Positions 19,977 through 29,694 of a stretch of 64,000 nucleotides of DNA are shown one piece after another. The stretch is from positions 2,582-66,581 of the forward strand of contig CACLQQ010000003.1 of assembly GCA_902609095.1 (NCBI GenBank), in the 5' to 3' direction. The first letter of the stretch is position 1. Every line of letters begins with the position of its first letter. Under the pieces are notes generated by a model. That model was not told where the DNA came from and ran no database searches. It saw only the letters and a list, made by a program, of their open reading frames with translations. The position numbers and the translations under genes are program-made. Source of the DNA: an uncultured Bacteroidota bacterium (lineage in GTDB: Bacteria > Bacteroidota > Bacteroidia > Chitinophagales > Saprospiraceae).

Positions 19977-20771
19977 TTGAAAATCCCTTTTTATAAATAC
20001 CAAGCTACTGGTAACGATTTTGTGATCATTGATCACTTCGGTGATAGATTTTTTGAAGATTTGTCTCAAGAGCAAATAGAACTATTGTGTCATCGTAAAT
20101 ATGGAATTGGAGCTGATGGACTTATGATTATAGAATCTGATGTAGATTATGATTTCCGGATGATTTATTATAATTCGGATGGTCGTTCCAGCTCTATGTG
20201 TGGTAATGGTGGCAGGGCGATAAGTCACTTGGCGCATCACTTAGGATATATTATGGGACAAGGTTCCTTTATCGCCGTTGATGGGAAACATGAGATTAAA
20301 GTCAATGGAGGTCAATTTGAGTTAAAAATGAATGATGTTAGTAGCATTCATGAGTACAACAATGATTTTGTGCTTAACACTGGTTCACTTCATTACATAA
20401 AATTGTCTGAAGAGGTAGGGCAATTAGAAGTTGTCATGGAGGCGCATAAGATTAGATATAATGAGGATTTTATAGCAGAGGGGATTAATGTGAATTTCGT
20501 TGAAGTGAGGGGTGATGGGCTCTTTATGAGGACCTACGAGAGAGGTGTTGAGGATGAAACGCTTTCTTGTGGTACTGGAGCCACAGCCGCCGCATTGGTC
20601 TTTATAGATGAGTTTGGAACAGAGGTAGCTGAGGCTAACGAGGTAAAAGTGATGACAAGAGGTGGAGAATTGAAGGTGAAATGCACTAAGACTGAGATTG
20701 GCTATGAGGATATTTGGTTATGTGGCTCTGCTACTAAAGTTTATGAAGGAATCATAGACTTAAAGTTCTAA
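19977..20771 (+). CDS. dapF: Diaminopimelate epimerase
   Basis: KYQATGNDF, GIGADG, MCGNGGR, TYERGVEDETLSCGTG. TTG start at 19977 preferred over 19902. Confidence 0.96.
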   Translation: MKIPFYKYQATGNDFVIIDHFGDRFFEDLSQEQIELLCHRKYGIGADGLMIIESDVDYDFRMIYYNSDGRSSSMCGNGGRAISHLAHHLGYIMGQGSFIAVDGKHEIKVNGGQFELKMNDVSSIHEYNNDFVLNTGSLHYIKLSEEVGQLEVVMEAHKIRYNEDFIAEGINVNFVEVRGDGLFMRTYERGVEDETLSCGTGATAAALVFIDEFGTEVAEANEVKVMTRGGELKVKCTKTEIGYEDIWLCGSATKVYEGIIDLKF

Positions 20772-21083
20772 CTCATAATTCAGTTTAGCATTTTGTAATT
20801 CAGAGAGTGCGTGCTGATCATTCAGTTTCTGGGCTATCTCGATTCCGGTATTATAAGTCTCTATCGCATTAGCCTCTTCTTCTAATTCAGCATAAATAGC
20901 AGAAAGATGATAATATAGTCCAATATAAGTGGGGTTTACCGCTTTTAGTCGATTATACCATTTTATAGCTTTTCCCGAAAGCCCCATTTTTTTATACTCT
21001 TGAGCAAGTGCAAACATCACAAATTCATCATTAGGGTCTTCTTGAATCATTGTCTCTAACTTGTTAACACGCCAATTATCCAT
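20760..21083 (-). CDS. Tetratricopeptide-repeat protein
   Basis: DPNDEFVMFALAQEY...NPTYIGLYYHL, a TPR helix pattern. Confidence 0.85.
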   Translation of the reverse strand: MDNWRVNKLETMIQEDPNDEFVMFALAQEYKKMGLSGKAIKWYNRLKAVNPTYIGLYYHLSAIYAELEEEANAIETYNTGIEIAQKLNDQHALSELQNAKLNYELEL

Positions 21084-21107
21084 CTTTATCTCGCTTTGTT
21101 TAAAACT

Positions 21108-21115
21108 TACTTTTG
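21108..21115 (+). promoter_or_regulatory. Bacteroidota -7 box (TACTTTTG) upstream of etfB
   Basis: TAnnTTTG match; supports the ATG at 21159 as the real start. Confidence 0.55.
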
Positions 21116-21158
21116 TACTGCCTCGTTAAAGAGGTATCAGATAACAAAAATAGAATTA

Positions 21159-21902
21159 ATGAATCTTCTTGTTTGTATAAATAAAACCCCTGATACGACG
21201 GCTAAAATTGCCTTCACCGATGGGAATACTAAATTTGATACGAATGGTGTTCAATTCATAATGAATCCATATGATGAATGGTATGCCTTAGTTAGAGCTC
21301 TTGAACTAAAAGAGCAACATGGTGGTAGTGTCACAGTAATAAATGTAGGACCTGCTATTAATGATGTAGTTATCAGAAAAGCGCTAGCAATAGGTGCGGA
21401 CAAAGCGGTCCGCATAAATGCTGAAGCGTCAAACTCGATGATGGTTGCTAAAAATATAGCTGATTACACCCAAGCTAATGACTTTGGTATCGTATTTACA
21501 GGCAAAGAATCAATAGATTTCAATGGGTCGGAATTAGGAGGGTTTATAGCGGCATATTTAGGAGTTCCATTTTTGTCCTATGCATCTTCAATGGAACATG
21601 ATGGGACTACGGCAAGAGTGACTAGAGATATAGAGGGAGGTGTAGAAGTAGCTGATGTGCAAGGTAAATTTGTGATTTCAGCTGCAAAAGGATTAGCCGA
21701 ACAAAGAATACCTAACATGCGTGGGATTATGATGGCAAAAAAGAAGCCTCTTGAAGTTGTTGAGCCGACATCAACGGATGCTCATGTAACAATTGCAGAA
21801 TATGCTTTACCTCAAGAAAAGTCTGGTGTGAAGATGATTGATCCTGAGAATATGGATGAATTGGTGAGATTGCTTCAAGAAGAAGCTAAAGTCATTGCGT
21901 AA
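21159..21902 (+). CDS. etfB: Electron transfer flavoprotein beta subunit
   Basis: LLVCINKTPDT, MNPYDEWYAL, RKALAIGAD, GKESID, RIPNMRGIMMAKKK. Confidence 0.95.
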   Translation: MNLLVCINKTPDTTAKIAFTDGNTKFDTNGVQFIMNPYDEWYALVRALELKEQHGGSVTVINVGPAINDVVIRKALAIGADKAVRINAEASNSMMVAKNIADYTQANDFGIVFTGKESIDFNGSELGGFIAAYLGVPFLSYASSMEHDGTTARVTRDIEGGVEVADVQGKFVISAAKGLAEQRIPNMRGIMMAKKKPLEVVEPTSTDAHVTIAEYALPQEKSGVKMIDPENMDELVRLLQEEAKVIA

Positions 21903-21919
21903 GCTCATAAAATTATAAA

Positions 21920-22876
21920 ATGTCAGTATTAGTAATAGCAGAAAATCCAAAAGGAAACTTTAAAAAATCAGCTTTCGAGCTTACTCATTTTGGTCATTTG
22001 ACCGCTCAAGTTCTTGGGACAGAGTGTACCGCCCTTGTGATCGGAGAAGTAGCAGACGCTGGTCAATTAGGAAAATACGGGGCCAGTAAGGTAGTTAAGG
22101 TGGCTTATGATGGTGGATTTGATACCACAGTTTACAATCGTTTAATTACTCAAGTTGCAGAAAAAGTTGGAGCTGATGTAGTTATAGTTAATCATTCTGC
22201 TAATGGAAAAGCATTAATCGGGGGATTAGGTGTTGCACTTGATGCGGGAGTAGTTTCTCAGATCAATGGGGTGCCAACTGTAGATGGAGCAAACTTAGTT
22301 GTTACCAAACCAGTATTCTCAGGAAAGGCATTTGCCAAGTATAATATCAGTAGCTCAAATAAAGTATTGAGTTTAATGGGTAATGCTATCCCTCCACGAG
22401 AGGTGGGAAGTGATTGCGCCGTTGAGGACTTGACTATTGATGTTCCAAATGCTGCGGTAACTATCAAAGAAGTTAAAACTGTTGATGGAACAGTACCGCT
22501 TCCAGAAGCGGAATTAGTGGTATCTGCGGGAAGGGGTATGAAAGGTCCGGAGAATTGGGGTATAATTGAAGAGTTAGCCGAGACTTTAGGAGCTACGACA
22601 GCATGTTCTCGTCCAGTTTCTGATACAGGATGGAGACCGCATCATGAGCATGTCGGACAGACTGGTGTGGCAATCAGACCAAATTTGTATATAGCTGCAG
22701 GTATCTCTGGAGCTATTCAGCATTTAGCTGGGGTTAACAGCTCTAAGTGCATCGTGGTAATTAACAAAGATCCTGAGGCACCATTCTTCAAAGCTGCAAA
22801 TTATGGAGTATGTGCAGATTTATTTGAAGTGGTACCGAAGCTCAACGAAGCGTTCAAAAAGGCTTTGGCCCAATAA
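21920..22876 (+). CDS. etfA: Electron transfer flavoprotein alpha subunit
   Basis: VVSAGRG, ACSRPV, VGQTG, LYIAAGISGAIQHLAG, INKDPEAP. Confidence 0.96.
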   Translation: MSVLVIAENPKGNFKKSAFELTHFGHLTAQVLGTECTALVIGEVADAGQLGKYGASKVVKVAYDGGFDTTVYNRLITQVAEKVGADVVIVNHSANGKALIGGLGVALDAGVVSQINGVPTVDGANLVVTKPVFSGKAFAKYNISSSNKVLSLMGNAIPPREVGSDCAVEDLTIDVPNAAVTIKEVKTVDGTVPLPEAELVVSAGRGMKGPENWGIIEELAETLGATTACSRPVSDTGWRPHHEHVGQTGVAIRPNLYIAAGISGAIQHLAGVNSSKCIVVINKDPEAPFFKAANYGVCADLFEVVPKLNEAFKKALAQ

Positions 22877-22910
22877 TTAAGGCGAAAAGAATAAAAATTT
22901 ATATTCCAAT

Positions 22911-22940
22911 TAAGCGCAAATTGTCACTAATTTGCGCTTA
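22911..22940 (+). terminator. Hairpin after etfA (probable terminator)
   Basis: TAAGCGCAAATT-GTCACT-AATTTGCGCTTA, perfect 12-bp stem with a weak U-tract. Confidence 0.6.
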
Positions 22941-23038
22941 GCTTGTTATAGACGCATCTTTGAACAATACTCAAGGTGATGAGTTAGTTTTGTCGACATA
23001 GAATTGTGACAAAAGGTGTAAAGAGGAATAGAGTTAGC

Positions 23039-23632
23039 ATGGTAAAAATCGAATTAGATATTGTTGCCTTATCACATAGTGTGACCCAATCACATAATTA
23101 TGCGGTAGTGTTAGGTGAAATAGAAGGTAGTCGTAGATTACCTATTGTAATAGGTGGCTTCGAAGCTCAAGCTATTGCGGTGGCTATGGAGCAGATGTCT
23201 CCCAATCGTCCATTGACTCATGATCTCTTTAAAAATACATTAGAACACTTTGAAATCGAGTTAAAAGAAGTTGTAATTAATAACCTCTTGGATGGTGTTT
23301 TTTATGCCAAATTGGTCTGTGAAAAGGACGGGATGCAATACGAGATCGATAGCAGAACATCTGATGCCGTTGCTATGGCTGTAAGATTCGATTGTCCAAT
23401 CTATACCTATGAATTTATACTCGAATCTGCAGGAGTTGAGTTAGAAGAGGGAGAGAGTAAAGACAATCCGATATCTACTAAAATTCAATCTTCTACGTCA
23501 GCTGGAGAGACTTATGAACGTATGACTGAAGATGCCTTGACTCAACTTTTAGATGATGTTCTGGCATCAGAGGATTATGAAAAAGCGGCTAAAATCAGAG
23601 ATGAGTTACGCAGACGCAAGTCTAAGGAGTAA
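23039..23632 (+). CDS. Bifunctional nuclease (DUF151/BFN) family protein with C-terminal UVR domain
   Basis: RRLPIVIGGFEAQAIA, RPLTHDLF, IDSRTSDAVAMA, EDYEKAAKIRDEL. Confidence 0.92.
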   Translation: MVKIELDIVALSHSVTQSHNYAVVLGEIEGSRRLPIVIGGFEAQAIAVAMEQMSPNRPLTHDLFKNTLEHFEIELKEVVINNLLDGVFYAKLVCEKDGMQYEIDSRTSDAVAMAVRFDCPIYTYEFILESAGVELEEGESKDNPISTKIQSSTSAGETYERMTEDALTQLLDDVLASEDYEKAAKIRDELRRRKSKE

Positions 23633-24641
23633 ATGACTCTAATGCACTCTTTATTTTAGGCATCATTTCTTCTGAAATATCCAAGTGAAAAACAAACCGT
23701 ATAGCCTTTTGGCCAAATTGCACGCACAATATATTGTTTGCTTTAAGATGGTCTATTAGATCCTGACAAGCTTTTTCGGACTTTGTTTCGAATATGATGA
23801 TGTTAGTATGGACTGGTCTAACAGCTTCTATATAGGGTAAAGTAGTGACTAACTCCGAGATTGACTTGGCTCTATTATTGTCTATAATTAGCCTTTCAAT
23901 ATGGTGATCAAGTGCATAACAACAGGCTTTAGCTAGATAACCTGCTTGACGCATTCCTCCTCCCATTACTTTTCTGAATCTTCGAGCTCTTTTTATATCC
24001 AATTCATTTCCAACAAGCAGGGAACCTACAGGTGCACCTAAACCTTTGGACATACAGATAGAGATTGTATCAAAGTATTGACCAATTTCTATTGGATCAT
24101 CTTTAGTCTCTACCAAAACATTAAATAGGCGAGCTCCATCTAGGTGAAGTTTCAAGTTATACTTGTCACATACTGCCTTAATAGCTTTTATCTCTTCGAG
24201 TTTATAATAGCTACCCCCACCTTTATTACAACTGTTCTCTAATACAACAAGCAGTGTAGATGGTAACCAATCAAAATCAGGCTTTATCGCTTGTTCAACT
24301 TGTTGGGCTGTTATTTTTCCGTATGTCCCAATTAGTGGATTGATGGCAATGCCAGAGTTAAAAGCATAGCCTCCAGTTTCGTATTGATAGATATGGCTGT
24401 AATGATCACAAACCACTTCATCTAAGGGTTGAGTATGAATTTTGAGAGCAATTTGATTCGTCATCGTCCCAGATGGGCAAAATAAAGCGGCCTTTTTGCC
24501 AAACATTTTGGATACACGATTTTCTAATTCATTGATAGATGGATCTTTTTTAAATACATCATCACCAACCTCTGCTGACATCATCGCTTCAAGCATTTCT
24601 GGTGTAGGCTTGGTAACCGTATCGCTCATTAAGTTGATCAT
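23622..24641 (-). CDS. ltaE: Low-specificity L-threonine aldolase
   Basis: SDTVTKPT, VGDDV, PSGTMTNQ, HLDGARLFN, SKGLGAPVGS, GGGMRQAG. Confidence 0.93.
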   Translation of the reverse strand: MINLMSDTVTKPTPEMLEAMMSAEVGDDVFKKDPSINELENRVSKMFGKKAALFCPSGTMTNQIALKIHTQPLDEVVCDHYSHIYQYETGGYAFNSGIAINPLIGTYGKITAQQVEQAIKPDFDWLPSTLLVVLENSCNKGGGSYYKLEEIKAIKAVCDKYNLKLHLDGARLFNVLVETKDDPIEIGQYFDTISICMSKGLGAPVGSLLVGNELDIKRARRFRKVMGGGMRQAGYLAKACCYALDHHIERLIIDNNRAKSISELVTTLPYIEAVRPVHTNIIIFETKSEKACQDLIDHLKANNILCVQFGQKAIRFVFHLDISEEMMPKIKSALESFTP

Positions 24642-24728
24642 TTCTCTTTTTCTATTTTAACCCGAATTTATAATTTAACTATCGATGCGTATAGAACTAC
24701 GATTATTGAATTCTGCTATATTTAACTC

Positions 24729-25355
24729 ATGAGTTACATCAAATTGATTTTTGTAAGCTTCATAGCCTCACTTTTTTTTACGACAACTATTTCAGGTCAA
24801 ACTTTTATATCTAATAAGTCTCCGATTGATAAGAATCGTTATGATGGCATCACTGGTTCGCCTTATTATTTTGATGATCACATTGAAGCAGAAGTCTATC
24901 TAAAGAATGATACTAAAGTTTACCCGGTAGTCATGAATGTAAACTTGCAAGAGGATGAGATAGAAGTATTCGAGAAAGGTCAGTATGCTGTGTTAGATTC
25001 AGAATCAATAATGTATATCACGTTTAAGACACATGGTAAAATATTTTTGGTTGATGGCAAGATTATAATACAGTGTTTTAAAAGTGATAAATATCAACTA
25101 TTAGACAATCCTCGCATCTCGATTAGAGAGAGTACCCATAGACCTCCAGGAGAGGTTATCATAAAAAAGAAATTCAGTATTAAGAATGCGTATCAACTAT
25201 TGATTGATGATAGCTCGTATAACATTGAGGTAAAGAAGAAATCAATCATTAAATTATTAGGTAAAGAGGCAGAAAAAAGTGCTAAGAATAATCGAAATAA
25301 GCTGAAGCAAATTGATGATTTAGTTGATTTGCTGAGTACCTTGTCTGGATCGTAG
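24729..25355 (+). CDS. Exported hypothetical protein
   Basis: 208-aa ORF with a signal peptide and a GITGSPYY motif typical of Bacteroidota exported proteins. Confidence 0.65.
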   Translation: MSYIKLIFVSFIASLFFTTTISGQTFISNKSPIDKNRYDGITGSPYYFDDHIEAEVYLKNDTKVYPVVMNVNLQEDEIEVFEKGQYAVLDSESIMYITFKTHGKIFLVDGKIIIQCFKSDKYQLLDNPRISIRESTHRPPGEVIIKKKFSIKNAYQLLIDDSSYNIEVKKKSIIKLLGKEAEKSAKNNRNKLKQIDDLVDLLSTLSGS

Positions 25356-25417
25356 ATTAAACAGAGTTTAATTTATTAGTCTCGCTTCTTTGACCAATAA
25401 TTGGTCTGCCCTTCATG

Positions 25418-25425
25418 TATATTTG
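25418..25425 (+). promoter_or_regulatory. -7 box (TATATTTG) 4 nt upstream of the lepA ATG
   Basis: TATATTTG-CAGC-ATG. Confidence 0.6.
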
Positions 25426-25429
25426 CAGC

Positions 25430-27229
25430 ATGAAGTTGATTCGTAATTTTTGTGTGATAGCCCATATTGATCACGGTAAGAGTACCTTGTCCGATAGGCT
25501 TTTAGAACAGACTAAGACTATATCTGAGCGTGATATGCAGAGTCAAGCACTGGATGATATGGATTTAGAAAGAGAGAGAGGTATCACAATTAAGAGTCAT
25601 GCCATTCAGATGTATTATAATCATACAGATGGAGAAACTTATACATACAACTTGATTGATACTCCAGGTCATGTTGATTTTTCATATGAGGTGTCGAGGT
25701 CAATTGCGGCATGTGAAGGTGCCTTGTTATTAGTAGATGCATCACAAGGAGTGCAGGCTCAGACAATTTCTAATTTGTATTTAGCGATTGAACATGACTT
25801 AGAGATTATTCCGATCCTCAATAAAGTGGATATGGAAAGTGCGATGGTAGAAGAGATGTCTGATCAGATAATAGATCTCATAGGTTGTGAAAGAGAAGAA
25901 ATCATTCTCGCCAGTGGGAAAACGGGTATAGGTATCGATGATATTTTAGCCGCTATAGTTGATCGTATCCCCGCTCCTGAAGGAAGTCCAACAGAGCCTC
26001 TCCAAGCGCTTATTTTTGACTCTATGTTTAACTCTTTCAGAGGAGTAATAGCTTATTTCAGAATTATCAACGGAGTCTTGAAGAAGGGGGATAAAGTAAA
26101 GTTTGTTAATACTGGTAAGATTTATGACGCCGACGAGATTGGTATTCTTCAGATGAATCAAGTTCCTAAGAAGGAACTCATAGCAGGTAATGTTGGATAT
26201 ATTATAACCGGAATCAAAGAATCAAAAGAAATTAAAGTCGGTGATACTATTACGGTAAATGATAACCCATGTGATTGGGCTATTCAGGGCTTCGAAGAAG
26301 TCAAACCAATGGTCTTTGCAGGTATTTATCCTATTGACAATGATGACTTTGAAGATTTAAGGGATAGTCTTGAGAAATTACAATTGAATGATGCTTCTCT
26401 TGTATTTGAACCAGAGACATCTATAGCCCTTGGATTTGGTTTCAGATGTGGCTTCTTAGGGATGTTACACTTGGAGATTATTCAGGAGCGATTATCTCGA
26501 GAGTTTGATCAAGAGGTGATTACAACGGTTCCCAATGTATCTTATGTAGCGTATACCAAGCGCGGTCAAGAACTATTGATTAATACTCCAGCAGACTTGC
26601 CTGTACCAACTTTGTTGGATAGAGTAGAGGAGCCCTATATCAAGGCCCAAATTATCACTAAACCAGAGTATATCGGTTCAATTATGTCGCTCTGTATGGA
26701 TAATAGGGGTATATTATCAAATCAATCATATCTTACCACAGAGCGAGTAGAGCTAACTTTTAAGTTGCCATTAGCTGAAATTGTATTCGACTTTTATGAT
26801 CGGCTTAAATCAATTACCCGAGGATACGCTTCGTTTGATTATGCTCCCATCGGTTACCAGGCGTCTGATTTAGTCAAGTTGGATATTAAGTTAAATGGAG
26901 ATTCCGTAGATGCACTTTCCTCATTGGTCCATAAGACTAAAGCTGAACCTTTTGGCCGGCAGATATGCAAGAGATTGAAGGAACTACTGCCTCGTCAACA
27001 GTTTATGATTGCAATACAGGCAGCTATTGGAGCTAAGATTATAGCTCGGGAAACCATCTCGGCACTTAGAAAAGATGTTACTGCCAAATGTTATGGAGGT
27101 GATATCACCAGAAAGAGAAAGCTATTAGAGAAACAGAAAAAGGGTAAGAAAAAGATGAGGCAAATAGGTTCCGTCCAAGTGCCTCAGAAGGCTTTCTTAC
27201 AAGTTCTTAAGCTGAGTGATGGTGCTTAA
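25430..27229 (+). CDS. lepA: Elongation factor 4
   Basis: [63 protein letters not shown]. Confidence 0.98.
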   Translation: MKLIRNFCVIAHIDHGKSTLSDRLLEQTKTISERDMQSQALDDMDLERERGITIKSHAIQMYYNHTDGETYTYNLIDTPGHVDFSYEVSRSIAACEGALLLVDASQGVQAQTISNLYLAIEHDLEIIPILNKVDMESAMVEEMSDQIIDLIGCEREEIILASGKTGIGIDDILAAIVDRIPAPEGSPTEPLQALIFDSMFNSFRGVIAYFRIINGVLKKGDKVKFVNTGKIYDADEIGILQMNQVPKKELIAGNVGYIITGIKESKEIKVGDTITVNDNPCDWAIQGFEEVKPMVFAGIYPIDNDDFEDLRDSLEKLQLNDASLVFEPETSIALGFGFRCGFLGMLHLEIIQERLSREFDQEVITTVPNVSYVAYTKRGQELLINTPADLPVPTLLDRVEEPYIKAQIITKPEYIGSIMSLCMDNRGILSNQSYLTTERVELTFKLPLAEIVFDFYDRLKSITRGYASFDYAPIGYQASDLVKLDIKLNGDSVDALSSLVHKTKAEPFGRQICKRLKELLPRQQFMIAIQAAIGAKIIARETISALRKDVTAKCYGGDITRKRKLLEKQKKGKKKMRQIGSVQVPQKAFLQVLKLSDGA

Positions 27230-27248
27230 TCGGAATAACTAATCCTCA

Positions 27249-27647
27249 TTAATCCTTCCAGCGAAAAGTATAATTCAGAAAAGTACTGTATGGGTCACCG
27301 TTTTTAGGATTCGTATTCATGAAGTATACATCCAACTCTATTGGTTCTTCTGTATCCTTTTCATTGCTATCGAAAATAAAATCTATAAGGCCCGTCTCAC
27401 CTGGCTTAATTGCATATTGAGGCCACTTGGCTTCGGTACATTCACAAGTATTGATGATGTCTATTTCCACATCTTCATCAGTAATATTCGTGAATTCAAA
27501 AGTCTTGGATACTTTATCCCCTTTCTCAACATATCCAAGATCTATAGTTTCATAGTTCCATTTAACTATGTCGGAGGCGTCTTGAGAAATAGCCATTACT
27601 GGGAGTAAGAATAGTAGTAATATTTGCTTCACTTGTTTAAAGTTCAA
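27249..27647 (-). CDS. DUF1573 domain-containing exported protein
   Basis: Signal peptide; DLGYV, FEFTN, CECT, IKPGETG. Confidence 0.85.
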   Translation of the reverse strand: MNFKQVKQILLLFLLPVMAISQDASDIVKWNYETIDLGYVEKGDKVSKTFEFTNITDEDVEIDIINTCECTEAKWPQYAIKPGETGLIDFIFDSNEKDTEEPIELDVYFMNTNPKNGDPYSTFLNYTFRWKD

Positions 27648-27764
27648 TTAAAAAAATTATTCACTATAAGGGCGTTATTTAAATTATTAGACGCTGCTGA
27701 CAGTGAAATGTTATCTCCACAGAGCAATTTTAATAGACTCTTAAGTTAACAACTACCTAGTATC

Positions 27765-28718
27765 TCATGAGAACAAGCTATCAACAAACGCTTGTTTGTT
27801 GAACACTTGAAGGTGATCTATTCCTTCTCCTACACCAATATACTTGATTGGAATCTTGAATTGATCTGAGATACCTATGGCTACACCACCTTTAGCAGTG
27901 CCGTCCAGTTTAGTTAGCGCCAAGCAGGTGACATGAGTAGCTTCTGTAAATTTAGTAGCTTGTTCGATAGCGTTTTGTCCGGTTGTCGCATCGAGGACTA
28001 ATAAAACCTCATGAGGAGCCCCTGGCAGCTTCTTATTGATTGATCCTTTAATTTTACTGAGTTCTTTCATAAGATAGAGCTTGGTATGGAGCCGTCCAGC
28101 TGTATCTATCAGTACAATATCAGCATCAGAGTTTATCGCATGTTGGACTGTTTCGTATGCTACAGCAGCAGGATCACTGTTCATGCCCTTATCATAGAAA
28201 TCACACCCTACTTTTTCTGACCATATTTTGAGTTGATCTACTGCAGCAGCCCTGAAGGTATCAGCGGCACCTAATACTACTTTGAAACCTTGCTGCGTAA
28301 ATTGATGCGCTAATTTGCCTACGGTCGTTGTCTTACCTGTGCCATTTACACCTACAACCAGCATGATGTGTGGATGATTAACTTGGTTATAATCGAATCC
28401 TTCTATATCCTCAGTGTTATTTTCTGCCAACAGGTCAGTGATAATTTTCTTGAGGATTGTATTGAGCTCTTCTGTATTGATATACTTGTCCTGGGCGACC
28501 TGAGCCTCCAGGCGTTCTATAATTTTGACTGTAGTGTCTAAGCTTACATCTGATTGAATTAATATATGTTCTAATTCATCTAAGAACTCAATATCGACAG
28601 TGGATTTTCCAGCGACTGCCTTAGAGATTTTGCCAAAAAAACTATCCTTAGTTTTCTGTAATCCTTCGTTGAGATCTTCCTCCTGTTTCTTAGAGAAAAA
28701 CTTATTAATAAAGCTCAT
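27765..28718 (-). CDS. ftsY: Signal recognition particle receptor FtsY
   Basis: GVNGTGKTTT, DTFRAAA, DTAGR, TKLDGTAKGG. Confidence 0.97.
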   Translation of the reverse strand: MSFINKFFSKKQEEDLNEGLQKTKDSFFGKISKAVAGKSTVDIEFLDELEHILIQSDVSLDTTVKIIERLEAQVAQDKYINTEELNTILKKIITDLLAENNTEDIEGFDYNQVNHPHIMLVVGVNGTGKTTTVGKLAHQFTQQGFKVVLGAADTFRAAAVDQLKIWSEKVGCDFYDKGMNSDPAAVAYETVQHAINSDADIVLIDTAGRLHTKLYLMKELSKIKGSINKKLPGAPHEVLLVLDATTGQNAIEQATKFTEATHVTCLALTKLDGTAKGGVAIGISDQFKIPIKYIGVGEGIDHLQVFNKQAFVDSLFS

Positions 28719-28736
28719 ATCAAATGTTGATGAATT

Positions 28737-28770
28737 AAAAAAAGGCTTTCCTTAATACTAAGAAAAGCCT
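28737..28770 (-). terminator. Intrinsic terminator between DUF4295 and ftsY
   Basis: The minus strand reads AGGCTTTTCTTA-GTAT-TAAGGAAAGCCT followed by a T run. Confidence 0.75.
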
Positions 28771-28800
28771 CTCTCTAAATAAAATCTCTCTGTATACTTA

Positions 28801-28977
28801 TTATTTGTTCGCAGCTAAATATTCTTTGACTTTGTCCTTATGGATCATCACCTCTTTATAAGAATATTTACCAGTTGCAGGATTCTTAACACTTGTAACC
28901 ACTTTTACGTGATCTCTACCTGAACCAGCATTGGCCGCTCTTTGTGCTACCCTTGCATTTTTGGATACTTTAGCCAT
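28801..28977 (-). CDS. DUF4295 family protein (Bacteroidota ribosomal protein bL38), 58 aa; not in the ORF track
   Basis: MAKVSKNARVAQRAANAGSGRDHVKVVTSVKNPATGKYSYKEVMIHKDKVKEYLAANK; conserved position between rpmG and ftsY. Confidence 0.9.
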   Translation of the reverse strand: MAKVSKNARVAQRAANAGSGRDHVKVVTSVKNPATGKYSYKEVMIHKDKVKEYLAANK

Positions 28978-28979
28978 TA

Positions 28980-29168
28980 TTACTTAATTTCTTTATGAAC
29001 GGTATATTTTTTCAAGATAGGATTGTACTTCTTAAGTTCCAACCTATCAGGAGAATTTTTTCTGTTTTTCTTAGTCACATATCTTGAAGTGCCAGGCATA
29101 CCAGTCGTTTTGTGCTCAGTACACTCTAATATGATCTGCTGTCTATTGCCTTTAGATTTCTTAGCCAT
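28980..29168 (-). CDS. rpmG: 50S ribosomal protein L33
   Basis: IILECTEH...[23 protein letters not shown]...VHKEIK. Confidence 0.97.
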   Translation of the reverse strand: MAKKSKGNRQQIILECTEHKTTGMPGTSRYVTKKNRKNSPDRLELKKYNPILKKYTVHKEIK

Positions 29169-29186
29169 GTCTTAACTCTTTATAGG

Positions 29187-29435
29187 TTAAAGTTCTACGC
29201 CGACGTCAAAGCCTTTGCGTTTTTGATATTTTAAATATTCGTAGAGACCTATTTTATTAATATTTCTCATTGCAGAAGTACTCAATTTTAGGGTTACCCA
29301 CTTATTGATTTCTGGAATGAAATATCTTTTAGTCTGAAGATTTGGTTCGAATCTTCTTTTAGTCTTTCTATTAGAGTGAGATACATGATTTCCTGTGATT
29401 GGTCTCTTTCCAGTTAGTTGACAAACTTTTGACAT
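29187..29435 (-). CDS. rpmB: 50S ribosomal protein L28
   Basis: [32 protein letters not shown]. Confidence 0.97.
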   Translation of the reverse strand: MSKVCQLTGKRPITGNHVSHSNRKTKRRFEPNLQTKRYFIPEINKWVTLKLSTSAMRNINKIGLYEYLKYQKRKGFDVGVEL

Positions 29436-29482
29436 CTATTCTGTTTATTTAAACCTCAAATTATGAGGCGTTTATAATTTTG

Positions 29483-29556
29483 TGACTCCGGCAGGAGTCG
29501 AACCTGCAACCGCCTGATTCGTAGTCAGGTACTCTATCCAATTGAGCTACGGAGCC
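29483..29556 (-). tRNA. tRNA-Arg (anticodon ACG); CCA not encoded
   Basis: Reverse complement is GGCTCCGTAGCTCAATTGGATAGAGTACCTGACTACGAATCAGGCGGTTGCAGGTTCGACTCCTGCCGGAGTCA, a cloverleaf with a CT-ACG-AA loop and GTTCGA T-loop. Confidence 0.96.
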
Positions 29557-29694
29557 AGTTACACAACACTCATTTTTCTGAATGAAGTGCGAAAGTAGTG
29601 CTTTTATTACGAAGTTGAAGTATTATGGCATCAAAAAATGAATAGAATTCAAGCGAATGCTTTTATTAAGTAAGTAGAGAGGATCCGTGAACGA

